NCBI RefSeq assembly: GCF_006345805.1
Contig: NC_043007.1
Span: 5,146,001 to 5,210,000 of the forward strand
Direction: 5' to 3'
From: Octopus sinensis
Lineage: Eukaryota
DNA length: 64,000 bases
How positions within the stretch are numbered: the stretch's first letter is position 1; the number at the start of each line of letters is the position of its first letter. The position numbers were made by a program, and so were the translations under genes. Below, piece by piece: positions 38,578 through 50,986 of this stretch. Below the pieces are notes generated by a model. That model searched no databases and was not told the origin of the DNA. It saw only the letters and a list, made by a program, of their open reading frames with translations.

Positions 38578-38652
38578 ATGTTATGCAGAAAACCATCATC
38601 TTCAGTTGTTACAAGTGGTAACAACAGACGAGAGTGGTTTTCTGCATAACAT
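38578..38652. repeat. 75-nt hairpin (18-bp perfect outer stem)
   Basis: atgttatgcagaaaacca...tggttttctgcataacat, with inner gttgttac/gtaacaac and a 5-nt loop. Confidence 0.85.
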
Positions 38653-40274
38653 CATGAAACTAATACATTAAATGTATTCAAAATATAAGTGGTTTTGTTA
38701 TTATTAAAATATTATGTGACTCGTTATTGATAGCAATCTAGTCCATCGCTGCTTGGATAGGACAGTTATGGAGTAGACATGGATATAGGAGTAGAATTCT
38801 AAGCCCAAAATATCTGGTAAAGTGTACTGTACCAAGGCATATTGAGGAATTCACCTTCAACCTTACCCCCACACACCCAAGTCACAATATATGGATTCAA
38901 TAATCCGGTGGCACTGATAAAAAACCTTCTCAATGTTTCATTCTACACATAAACGCAGTATAAAGTATGATACGAACGTAAAACATGTATAAAAATATTA
39001 ATAAAGAGAGAAATATACAATGACAAAATTGATTTTACCAATGGATATTTATATTTAACAGGAATTGTTTTGCAGTTTAATAAACATGTATGAATAATCT
39101 ATTTTATTAAATTTTATAATAATTAGATATATGTATACAATTTTAAAATGAATGCAGATAGTAAGCTTGTTCATCAGGTTAAAAGAATTCCGTGTTTATA
39201 TCACAACATTCCAAAATGCAGAAAGTCAATTTTCAAAGACATAGAAGACAAAACTTAATAGGAGAAAAAATTAATAACCAGGAATATTCTAACCACTGAA
39301 CTGGACCGATACCACCAATAGCTCTCTTCATTCTAAATGTTTGGTACAGAATACAGAACACCTATGTACAGTCAACACTAACAAATCTAAAGCTCCTGTT
39401 GGTCAGACCTCTGACTTATTTAAAGCATTTTTTAGAATGGCAAAACAGAAGCAAACAAACTTCTTTAGTTCTATACATTTTGATCATTATAGGAGAACCC
39501 AATAGATACCTTTTCATCCTAAAAAAGAATATATTTTCTAAATATGTGGTGACCAATAATCTTAGCAATTTTTGCAGCATGGAGGGCTATCATATACTTT
39601 GGATTAAAATCTCATTCCTCAACTGCCCTTCACAAAAGCTTTCCAGTTGCTTTCATGGAAAATTTAAGACCTCACTTTTTCCCAACCAAACATCTTTCCC
39701 CCAAAACTAGCAGTGACCTACATCTCTATTTCCCTGCATGTGTTCATTAACGTTCATGTTGTTTTCTATTCATTCGATGTTCTTCATTCTTAATCCTTTT
39801 TCACTTTTACCATTCTTAGCATGAGTCAATCCATGAACATCTCTTTGTTTCCTCCTCTTCACCCCAGTCTGTTCTGATTAGCATGACTAACTCGACATTT
39901 TAAAGAGGTAATAATACAGTATGATCAATAAATATTGTTACTTTTCCATGACTTTAAGTTTCAGGCTAAATAGACCATTCTTTAGAAGGAATAAGCTACT
40001 GCAATTCACTCATTATTAGAGATTCTTTTGATGAAGAGCCTTAACTAAAAAACACCAACTTTTTCCACATGTCCTGACTCTCAAACTTATAGGGATCTCT
40101 CTACAATCACCCCTTGCATTTACCTTTTCCATTGCCGCACACACAGATCCTCACCGATTCTAGACTTTGCCCTGTTTCTATGGCAGTTCATTTTGAGAGC
40201 AACTGATTATGTTTTCCATAAAAAACAAAAAATCAATATATAGTTTGCTCCATTTAATTTTCAGCTATTAAGTA

Positions 40275-40371
40275 CATGACCCAGCTCTGTTGAACAAAGA
40301 ATTTAATATTTGCATATCAATATGTGACCTGGGGGTCTATTGAATTTATTGTTCAACAGAGCTGGGTTATG
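40275..40371. repeat. Short inverted-repeat element (23-bp arms)
   Basis: catgacccagctctgttgaacaa / ttgttcaacagagctgggttatg. Confidence 0.8.
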
Positions 40372-41404
40372 CATTTATTATTTAGATATCAAATACTTGA
40401 TTTAGTTCAAGTCAGTTTATCTGTGAAGATAGTTTGCTTTGGCAAACAATATCAGTTATGGGAATAATGAACAATGATAGGAATTTGTTCAAACACACAG
40501 ATATCAATGCAATTTCTCTCAAATATTGGGGGTGAGAATAATTAGAGCTAGAAAATATATACAAATATTGGGGAGAAAAATGTATTCATTAACCTTTTGG
40601 TTAATTACCATTTCCATCAAATTTGTTAAAGAAAAAAGAAATAATGCAAAATTTTCAAAATCAAACAGTAAAAAAAGAGATCAACATTTATTCATTCATT
40701 TTTCTTGATAATTATTGGTAAAATATTTGAATTTCTTTGCTTCCAAAGTTTCTGTGATGCAAAAATTGACTTTGAAGTAAACCAATAAAATGAATATATT
40801 GGATAGAAAGTGTCACATTTTTTTTGTGGTTGGATATTGGCAGAAATAATGATGGAAGCGGTTTGTGCTACACTGGTTGTATAGTTATGAAGTTTGGAAT
40901 CAGATGGTTGAAGTTTGCTCTCATTCTGTTCAACCTTGTTCAATGCCCTCACCTATTTTAGCTATAGGTAGACCCTATTCCTTGTAAAGGAAATTTGGTG
41001 CAATCTGTTTTCCTAAGATTTCTTTTTAATAGAAAATAACTTTTAAGAAAAATCAAGTTTTGCAAAAACTTTTAAATATAGGTGTGTGTATGTATGTGTA
41101 AATATATGTTTATATAAATATATGCACTTTCACAATAACAGCCAATGATTCTAGTCTATGCACAAGACAGCCATTATCCTCCTCCCCACAAAACAACACC
41201 ACGTGGACTTTGTTGAGACTAATAAGAAACAATTATGAACATTTTTATTACACTTAACTTTTAAAAATATTTTTGATAATGTTCGTTTTTTCAAGAAGAA
41301 CCAAAACAGGTAAAATCTCTAAGAAAATTAAAATTTATCTCATATAGTGGCGTTTTCAAACTTCTTTTTTATAAATATATACCCACTCGTATGCCACCTA
41401 CACT

Positions 41405-41449
<45 letters not shown>

Positions 41450-42834
41450 TTTAATTTAGAGATAGTAGACCAAATAAAAAGAATTTTTATTTTTATTTTA
41501 AATACCTACTGTTTTATTACTTGGTTACACGTGATTCATGAGGTACATCTTCGGGTTCCTAAATCATTCCGTGTTTCCCTAGAACCCCTCTCAAGATGCC
41601 ACCCCAATCATCAGGAGAAAATCAGTCTAGAAGTTCCTAAGATTCCTCTAGGGAGGCCACTACTAGTGCAGTAATAGTCTGCAAAAATCAGAACCTGAAT
41701 GATACTGGTGCATAGCAGTGTTTTGGTTTTGAAATGCTGATGATTGGATAAGTCCACCACTTGCATCACCAAAAAGAAGGGTGCAAACAAAACATAGATG
41801 TCATTTATGATGTGTTTGGTGATCCTGTCAAGAATGAGTCAAGTAAGACACACACACACACACACACAAGCTGGGCTTCTATTCAGTTTTCATCTACCAA
41901 ATTCTCTCATAAGGTCTTGGCTGGCCCAGGGCTATAACAGAAAAAGACCCTTGCTCAAGGTGCTGCCCTCTGGGACTGAACTTTAAAATACTTAGTAGTG
42001 AAGCCAGGGCTGGCCCTATGGTTGCTGGCAAGCTGATGGTCATGGAAATTCCTTTGTCTTTGTCATGCCCTCCTTGGCATGACTTCCCCCGAGTTGCCAG
42101 TACCTTGAGCTGGCATTGAGTGAAGCTAACTACTTAACCGCGTAGGCAGACCTTCCTCCAAATACCAGTTTAATCACCAAAAATTCAGTTATACTAAATC
42201 CTTTCAAATTACTGATTATATCAAAAATTAATTAAAGCAAATTAACAATGTACACTATAAGAAGCATATTTACAAAAGGCCCAAATTGGAAGCATTAAAT
42301 CTGCTGCCAAATTCAACGGGTCCCTAAGGCTTTATTTTGACTTAAAAAAAGACTAGCAATCACTGCCGATGCTAAGTATAATCTATAAGAGGAACTAAAA
42401 TTATATTTCTTCAGAGCCAACACATAAACACAAGTTGATAGTTTTCCAACAAAGGCCATATTTAAAAGTGAACTTTCTCCAATCTGGTATTATTCTCTCA
42501 TTTTGTTTTTTAGTGACTTTATCATTTATTTACATCCATAAATCAGAATAATTTGGAGATGAGTCTAAGATTATTGTCGCCATTATTGTTCTTCTTATTA
42601 TTGTTTGTTACTATTGATTATTATTATTATTATTATCATTATTATTATTAGCAGAATCATTAACACACAAGGCAAAATTGCTTAGTGGCATTTTATCCAT
42701 CTTTACATTCTGAGTTCAAATTTCACTGAGGTAGACTTTGCCTTTCCTCCTTTTGGGGTTGATAAAATAGGTACCAGTTGAGTACTGGGGTCAATGTAAT
42801 TGACTTAACTTCTCCCCCCCAAAAGCTGAGGCAG

Positions 42835-43250
42835 TACTTCTTTACATGGTTGTCCACGTCTATATGCATCACATGACCATACAGCACGGTCGTCTCTCTT
42901 GTACACCGCATCTGATGGCTCTTATGTCCAACTTTGCTCTCAAGATACTTACCCTCTGTCATACATGAACACTGACATTGGTCATTCAGCAAAGCATACT
43001 GGCTTCATTTCTTTCAAGCCTTTGCATGTTCTCTGCAGTTGCAGCCCATGTTGTACTGCCATGCAGCATGGCTGTTTGCACACAGGCATCATACAATCTG
43101 CCTTTCACTCTGAGGGAGAGGCCCTTAATTACCAACAAAGGTAGATCTTTGAACTTTACCCACCCTAATCTTATTCTAGCAGCTATATCCTTGGAGCATC
43201 CCCTTTCACTGCTGACTTGGTCACCTAGGTGTAGTGGAACTATATAGTCA
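42835..43250 (-). mobile_element. RTE/RTE-X-like LINE fragment
   Basis: Translates to LGDQVSSERGCSKDIAARIRLGWVKFKDLPLLVIKGLSLRVKGRLYDACVQTAMLHGSTTWA..MQRLERNEASML. Confidence 0.85.
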
Positions 43251-43811
43251 GTACAAGGTGTTGATGTGGCTGTGTGTATGTTATTAAAAGAATTCATACA
43301 GAGATGAAGAATAAATTCAAGAACTACATATTTATTATATAAAAACTTATTTTATTTACTGGTCGATGATGATACATTGAATTAATATGTAGAATCTAGT
43401 TGAATGAAGTAATCTATGCAAGAAAGTTTAGAGATAGGAGATATAGAAATAACAGCTAAGTGGTGGTTTTCAGTCTGTGGCATTGAGAAATAGACAGACA
43501 TAGCAATGACATGAATGGCTCTAAGTCTAATCAACTAAGAAGCAAAGAGCAGGGTTAGCAAGCTGTTTTTATTAATGGAACGCTAGACATTCTAGAAACT
43601 TCCAAGAGGAATGCTAAGCTTTTTGAATAATTAAGAATCATGTCTCATGACATAGATGCTTCGAGAAACTTAGAAAGGGAGATTATTCTATAATCTTTCT
43701 TGCAAGGGAGATCATTTGACTATCTGGCTACCGCTACATAGGTAATGGAAGAAGTTATCAACTACTTCTAAGTATCACACCTGGCATTTGACAGTGTCTA
43801 TTTATGTACAT

Positions 43812-44079
43812 TCTTGTGTTTATTGTACCTATTTCTTTACTACCCACAAGGGGCTAAACATAGAGGGGACAAACAAGGACAGACATAGGTATTAAGTCGA
43901 TTACATCGACCCCAGTGCGCAACTGGTACTTAATTTATCGACACCGAAAGGATGAAAGGCAAAGTTGACCATGGCGGAATTTGAACTCACAATGTAATGG
44001 CAGACGAAATAGCGCTAAGCATTTCGCCCGGTGTGCTAATGTTTCTGCCAGCTAGCCAGCTCTTGTGTTTATTGTACCT
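43812..44079 (-). mobile_element. Same Meta-like SINE family
   Basis: Full-length copy; 19-bp TSD TCTTGTGTTTATTGTACCT at both ends. Confidence 0.88.
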
Positions 44080-44211
44080 GTTCATCTGTCACACACACAA
44101 AGACTATTTTCCCTGTTAACCTTCCCCTGATATTGCTGCATCTCTTATGTGTCCATATCTTGCACTGGGTACATATTACAGAGTTTCTATTTATGTCTTT
44201 TCCACACATCA

Positions 44212-44483
44212 AGCAGGGCCATCTACCTATTTCTTTACTACCCACAAGGGGCTAAACACAGAGAGGACAAACAAGGACAAACAAATGGATTAAGTCGATT
44301 ATATCGACCCCAGTGCTAAACTGGTACTTATTTAATCAACCCCAAAAGGATGAAAGGTAAAATCGACCTCAGCGGAATTTGAACTCAGAACGTAACGGCA
44401 GATGAAATACGGCTACGCATTTTGCCCGGAGTACTAACGTTTCTGCCAGCTCGCCGCCTTTCTGCCAGCAGGGCCATCTACCT
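44212..44483 (-). mobile_element. Same Meta-like SINE family
   Basis: Full-length copy; 17-bp TSD AGCAGGGCCATCTACCT. Confidence 0.88.
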
Positions 44484-44629
44484 GAAGGGATTTGTGATCT
44501 GGGGTCCTTGGAGTCATCAGATCCTGCAAACACAGGCATTAAATGGTGATGATGTTGATGATGATGATGATCTGTCTATTATATATATGTGTGTATTTAC
44601 CTGTACAAATATATATATATATATACATC

Positions 44630-44666
<37 letters not shown>

Positions 44667-46011
44667 CATACCTTAATCTGATATTTCCTAACATAAAGCT
44701 GCCTGTCTTGCTGTTCATAATCTGGCAAACTGTATGGTGTCCTGATAAATGCCAGTGATATGCAGAAAGCATCCAGTACAAAATGTAAAGTGGATGGCAT
44801 TTAGAAAAGCATCCACTTGTGAAAAACCATGCTAAAGTGGACAGCAGAGCACAATGACCCCATCCAGGCCAGCATGAAACATAGATGTTTGGATGATAAT
44901 AAAGAAGTAGCTAGAAAGATTAAATCAACTCCAGTACTTCACTAGTACTTCATTTTATTATTTATTAACTCGTACTTTATTTCATTAAGCACAGAATGAT
45001 AACAGACAAAGTTGGTTTTGGCAGGGTTTAAACTTGGAGATGAAATACAGGATCGTAACTAAATCCTGCAGAACATTTCGTTTCATGGTTAAAAGGTTTT
45101 GCCAACTTATAATTCATTTTTATTTTCAGCTAATTTATAATATAATTATTACCCAGTGGAAATATAAACAAAAGCACTCACACACACGCACACACACACA
45201 CACACACACACTGTCTGTCCCTCTCTCACACATACACACTTGTCTGTCCATCCTACATACACACACCAAAAACAATGTTAGTCACAGGTTAGTGCAGTGA
45301 TATAATTAAAGCCCTTTACTTCACTTGCTGACACTGAAGGTGAATCAGATGGAATCTCAGAACACCGATATTTTTAATTTCTAGAACACACACATTATAT
45401 GAGTGCATGTATTTGCGTGTGTGTTTGTGTGTGTGTGTGTGTGTGTATGTACAAATATATGCATATAAGCATATATGTGCACAGGTGTGTGTACGTGTGA
45501 GTTAGTGGCCATAAAACTAGAAAGAAGCTCCCCATACATTTCAGGGGAGTAAAGTATTTTAATCATAATAACAATTATTTCTACTTTAAGCAAAGGCTTT
45601 CAACATTTTTTGAGCGGAGATGGGGGCTAGATGATTATATCAACCCCAGTGTATAACTGGTACTTATTTCATTGACCCTGAAAGGCAAAGTCAACCTTGA
45701 TGGAATTTGAACTCAGAATGTAAAGACGGACGAAATGCTGCTAACCATTCTGCCAGCTGACTGCATTCTTTAATAATAATAATAAATCACAAATTAGTTT
45801 CTGATTTCAGCAGAAGGCCAGAAATTTCAGGGGCTGGGGTAAGTCGATTACATCAACCCCAGTGCTTGTGACTGGGGCTTATTTTACTGACCTAGTAACT
45901 ACATTAAACTAGGTCAGTAAAATATGGCCAAACTCACACACACAACAGCAAAGATAATAATGATAGTAATGAAAGGTTTTATTACAAAATACTAGCATCA
46001 TTTTACAAATG

Positions 46012-46043
<32 letters not shown>

Positions 46044-46756
46044 TGAGCAAACTGAATTGTTAGAATAGCAGAAAAAGTGCTTTACAGTATTCATTTTGAT
46101 TCTTGACATACTGAGTTCAAAACCCACAAAGATCAACTTTGCCTTTCATCCTATTGGAATTGATAATCTATGTACCAGTCAATTATTGGGGTCAATGTGA
46201 TTGACTACCTACTCCCACAAAATTTTAGGCTTTGTACCCATAGTAGAAAGGATAATTATTATTATCATTCATCATCATCATTGTTTAACGTCCGCTTTCC
46301 ATGCTAGCATGGGTTGGACGGTTCAATTGGGGTCTGGGAAGCCAGGAGGCTGTGCCAGGCCCAGTCTGATCTGGCAGTGTTTCTACAGCTGGATGCCCTT
46401 CCTAACGCCAACCACTCCGAGAGTGTAGTGGTTGCTTTATTATTATTATTTCAAAAGGATTGATGTAACTTTTCAAAAAGGTAAGTAGACAATATGAAGA
46501 GTACGATGTGATTGCAAGAGAGAGTTTGTTGGTTGAGCGATATTGCGACAGCCTGTCTTTGTCGAGTTCAAAAGGATAAGTGATACATAGAAATTCAAAA
46601 TTATAAAAATTCAAATCCAAAATATAAACGAGGGCAACCAGTGTCCCCACGTTGATGGAATGACATCATCAGTCTTCAATTTTCAAGTTTACAACTGGCA
46701 AAAATAAAAAGAAAGAAAAAAAGAGAAAAGAAAAGAAGAAAGGAAAAGAAAAATAT

Positions 46757-47480
46757 TTAATCAAACTGTTTTGTGGAAATATGAGATTCTCCTATTATTT
46801 TATTCATTCCTCCAGGGTGTGATGTTAATAACTCACAATCATATTTCTTCTCATGCATTTTGAGTACTGAAAGAGTAGCAGATTCAGAATATTTTCTGAG
46901 AATATACACTTTCAAGTCTTTTTCAAAATTGCAGCCGTTTGAAGCAAAATGTTCAACAAGTTCTATCAAACCACTGTTATTGTGCCTGACTTCGTATCTG
47001 TGCTCGTTAAATCTTTTATATAATTGTTCCCTTGTACAACCAACATAAATCAAGTTGTGTTTAGTGCATTCTACTTTGTACACCCAATGGGAATCTCTAC
47101 ACGTCCCGCCTTCCATGTAAATCATAACATTTCTGTTATGATTCCCAATGGAATTGACTTGACTCATGTTGTTGCATAATGAACAGGGTTTATCTCTCTT
47201 GTGGCTGTTTTCCAAGGCACAATGGGCAGAAACTTCAATGTTAGTTGTCTTGGAGTCAGAAGTAGAGGCTAATAGTTCTCTTATATTTATATACTCTCTA
47301 AAGACTACAATAGGTGGCTAAGGGAATATATGTTTGGAATGGGGATATTCTTCTGTAACATGCTGGTAACTTTCATGTAATCCTTTTGAAATGCCAGCGA
47401 AATTTCGGTACCAGTTAATCACTTTAACAAATACAATTGAAAGGAAAAAAAAATGCCAAAAGTACCAATTATAACAAGAA
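46757..47480 (-). mobile_element. Penelope-like (Neptune-type) linker plus GIY-YIG endonuclease, 5'-truncated
   Basis: Translates to ..HIFP*PPIVVFREYINIRELL..KPCSLC..GGTCRDSHWVYKVECTKHNLIYVGCTREQLYKRFNEHR..LVEHF..DLKVYIL..E..LLTSHPGGMN. These are PLE linker (IFPxPPxVxFR), Cys-rich and VY-YVG motifs; one stop at 47318-47320. Confidence 0.88.
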
Positions 47481-48021
47481 TGAAGAATACTTTTGCTCGG
47501 ACAGCAACTCAGGGGCAGCAATTATTAATGTCCTGTGAAGGACAAGACCATTTCTTTAGAGTTTGATGATAAAATGCATCTAGAACATTGCATAAAGTGG
47601 TTGGTGTTAGGAAGAGCATCCAGCCATAGAAACCAACAAAATAAAATTTTCTACTGGAACATGGTCCCCCCCCCAACCCCTAACCAATCTAGGGATTCAG
47701 TAACTCTAATTAACCAAACTGACTTGAACCAAAATGACTTGCTTGGCCCATACCAGCATGCAAAGAGGCATGGACTGAGCAGGTGACAACGATGATGATG
47801 ATGATCATCATCATTATCATCATTATCATCATTATTCCAAAATATTTTCAGTATGTTAATAATATCCCTATTTATATATTTAACCACCTGTACAATAACT
47901 CCCACATGGAATATTAAACCTATTTGCTGCTTTTTTGCTTTTGTTTTTTGCTTGTTTTTACTATTAACAAATGCATAATTATATTTGTTGTAAGCATTGC
48001 TGCGCTCTATTTAGGGCATTG

Positions 48022-48058
<37 letters not shown>

Positions 48059-49799
48059 GCTCCCTCTCCTGTTATTTCCTTCTCTACTTCCTTCTCTTTG
48101 CTTCTCTCTCACTCTTCCTCTCCTTCTTTTCGCTTGCAATTTGTTCCATTCACGCCCTCCTCACCCTTCCTCCGTCTTTCCCTCATCTCATCCCCACCCC
48201 ACCACTGCTTCTGTCACCATGGTAACTAAATAGCAAGCCATTCGGGACAGCAGTGACTATACAAATTATTTATTACGTTGTAGCCAAGCAATATGGAGGA
48301 TGAAAAAAAGCTACAAGGTAAAGGTAGGCAGTCAAGGTAAGACGGCCAAGCAGATAACATACTGCAGTACTTGCCTGTAGGTTACCAGTTCAATATCACT
48401 GCAAGTGTTTCACTGTGTTTTGGGGCCAGAACACTTTATTCTACATCAGTTTACACAGTTGTTGGCAAAAATCCCTCCAGATTTTCCCTGTCTTTTGGGG
48501 TCATCCAGGGTCTAGGACTTTTATCTGCTCTACAAACTCTCACAGACAGATCACACTGATGCGGTTGATAGCAGCATCCATGCACGTATGGTGAAGTGTT
48601 TGGTTCCTAACTATTTGGTTTTGGGTTCAGTCCCATCTTGCAGCAGCTTGGGTGCACTAGTGTAGCTGGGAGGCAATAAGGGCAGTCTGCCCCGGGCAGC
48701 ACTTTTAAAGGGGTGCTACTTTTGGGTCTGCTGTAGGCAATATGTGGGTTTTTTTGTAGGGTTTGGGGGTCAGCAAACGAAAGGGCCACTCCTGGTGGCT
48801 TACAGTCTAGCTATGCTAATGCTTGGGTGACAAGTGTCTTCTAGATTAGCTTTGACTGACCAATATCTTGTGAATGAAATTGGTAAAAGAAAAATGTACG
48901 TTTGTGCCTGAGTTTGTGTAAGGGTAATGATGATGATGATCATATGTGTATGTATATGTGTGTGTATACAGCATATATGTATGTATTAAAACAAGACGTG
49001 TTTCATTACAGTGTAGGAAATACATTATGAATATAATAATAGTAATAATAATAATCCTTTCTACTATAGGCACAAGGCCTGGAATTTGAGGGGAGGGAAG
49101 ATAGTCATTACATTGACCCCAGCACTTGACTGGTACTAATTTTATTGACCCCAAAGGATGAAAGGCAAAGTAAATCCCAGCGGCATTTGAACCCAGAATG
49201 TAAAGATGGACAAAATGCTGACAAGCATTTGGCCAGGTCTGCTAACAAGTCTGCAAGTTTTCCACCATAATAATAATAATAATAATGATAATAATGATAA
49301 TGATGATGATGATGATGATAGTAATCCTTTCTACTAAAGGCACAAGGCTTGAGGTTTTGGAGGAGGGGACAAGTTGGTTACATTGACCCCAGTGTTTCAC
49401 TGGTACTTAATTTACCAACCCTGAAAGGATAAAAGGCAAAGTCGACCTTGGCTGAATTTGAACTCAGAGCACAAAGATGGATGAAATGCCACTTTACCCA
49501 GCACTCTAATGATTCTGCCAGCTTGTGGCCTTACATGATGGGGATAATGATGTGAGCTGGCAGAATTGTTAACATGTTGGCACGAAAGGCTTAGCAGCGG
49601 TTTGTCAGTTTTTATGTCCTGGGTTCAAATTTTGCCGTCTTTGTTTTAATATATACTTTCTCTGCAAATGTTATGATTCATGAGGACTTTCAGCCAATAT
49701 AGATGACCTCATTTCAAATATAAAACATCTGAATGCATTTGATTATTGGAATGTGCAGATGTGTTTCATAGGGACACAGCATTGATTATAATCCATTGT

Positions 49800-50216
49800 G
49801 TGTGTGTTTGTTTCTTTGTTTGTTTCTTTGTTTGTTGAGTGAAGCAGTCTTCGTCCCAGAGCTCGCAAGATTGTGCCTCTGTAGTGGGAGAAGTCAGAAA
49901 TGTGATCCTTTGCTATTCGTAAGACTTGCAGAAGAGAAAGCAGGTCAACCCCCGACACCGAGAACATCAACGGATGGATGAATGTGCATCCAGGCTCAGC
50001 GGTTGCGTAGAAAGTCAGGGACAAGAAACAGGAAGGAAGAGTGAGAGGAAGTTGGAGCAAAAGAGTATAACAGGGGTCTCCACCACCCTCTGCCGGAGCC
50101 TTGTAGAGCTTTAGGTGTTTTTGCTCAATAAAACACACAACGCCTGGTCTGGGAATCGAAACCGCGATCCTCCGGCCGCGAGTCTGCTGCCCTAACCACT
50201 GGGCCATTGCGCCTCC
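49800..50216 (-). mobile_element. tRNA-derived SINE, same head as 3733, different 3' module, (AAAC)n tail
   Basis: Head TGGCCCAGTGGTTAGGGCAGCAGACTCGCGG..GGTTTCGATTCCC; diverges from the 3733 copy after ..cactct. Confidence 0.8.
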
Positions 50217-50218
50217 CC

Positions 50219-50257
<39 letters not shown>

Positions 50258-50646
50258 AAAGACCAACCCCTACCAACGATCCAACTGATGCCAACATGTA
50301 TCATGGATGTTAAATGATGATGACACATACATGTTTGTGTGTGTGTGTGTGTGTTTGTGTGTAAGTAAATTTAATTTTGTAAATCGTTAAATGAATCTCA
50401 AAAAGACCAATTTTGTTTTTTTTTTCCTTGCACCCGAGGGTAAAAGGGCTAATTGCTTATTAATAGATGTCATTGATCTGTGTTGATTAATTAACTAGTT
50501 CTGTCTATCATGGTTAATAGAAAATGTGACAATGCAAATTTATTGATGTGACACGTTGCAGAGAATACAAAAGTCGTTAATTATGTATTTATATGTATGT
50601 TTGTATAAACTTCTATTTTTCCTATATATACATACATATATATACA

Positions 50647-50686
<40 letters not shown>

Positions 50687-50687
<1 letters not shown>

Positions 50688-50986
50688 AAAATAGTAAAAA
50701 GTGAAAAAACTACAGAAGGCTTGTTTTAAAAGGTTAAAAAATATATATTTGAGTCATTATGTCAGAAGAATGTTAAAATTTTTTTTCATACAGTGACATA
50801 GTTTTTGAAGAAATTACCGGTTTCATGTTAACTTTTCAAATTTCTCAAAACATTGTTATGATCTTGTTAAACTATGTCATTGTATGAAAAAAATTTATAA
50901 CATTCTTCTGACATAATGACTCAAATATATATTTTTTAACCTTTTAAAACAAGCCTTCTGTAGTTTTTTCACTTTTTACTATTTTC
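50687..50986. repeat. Young foldback/MITE with about 118-bp near-identical arms, flanked by TA repeats
   Basis: Arms 50687-50804 and 50869-50986 differ at only a few positions. Confidence 0.9.

Noticed and set aside
48380-48560. RT-like motif (FSLSFGVIQG) in ORF 48371-48559
   Set aside because: The resemblance is too short and degenerate to call.
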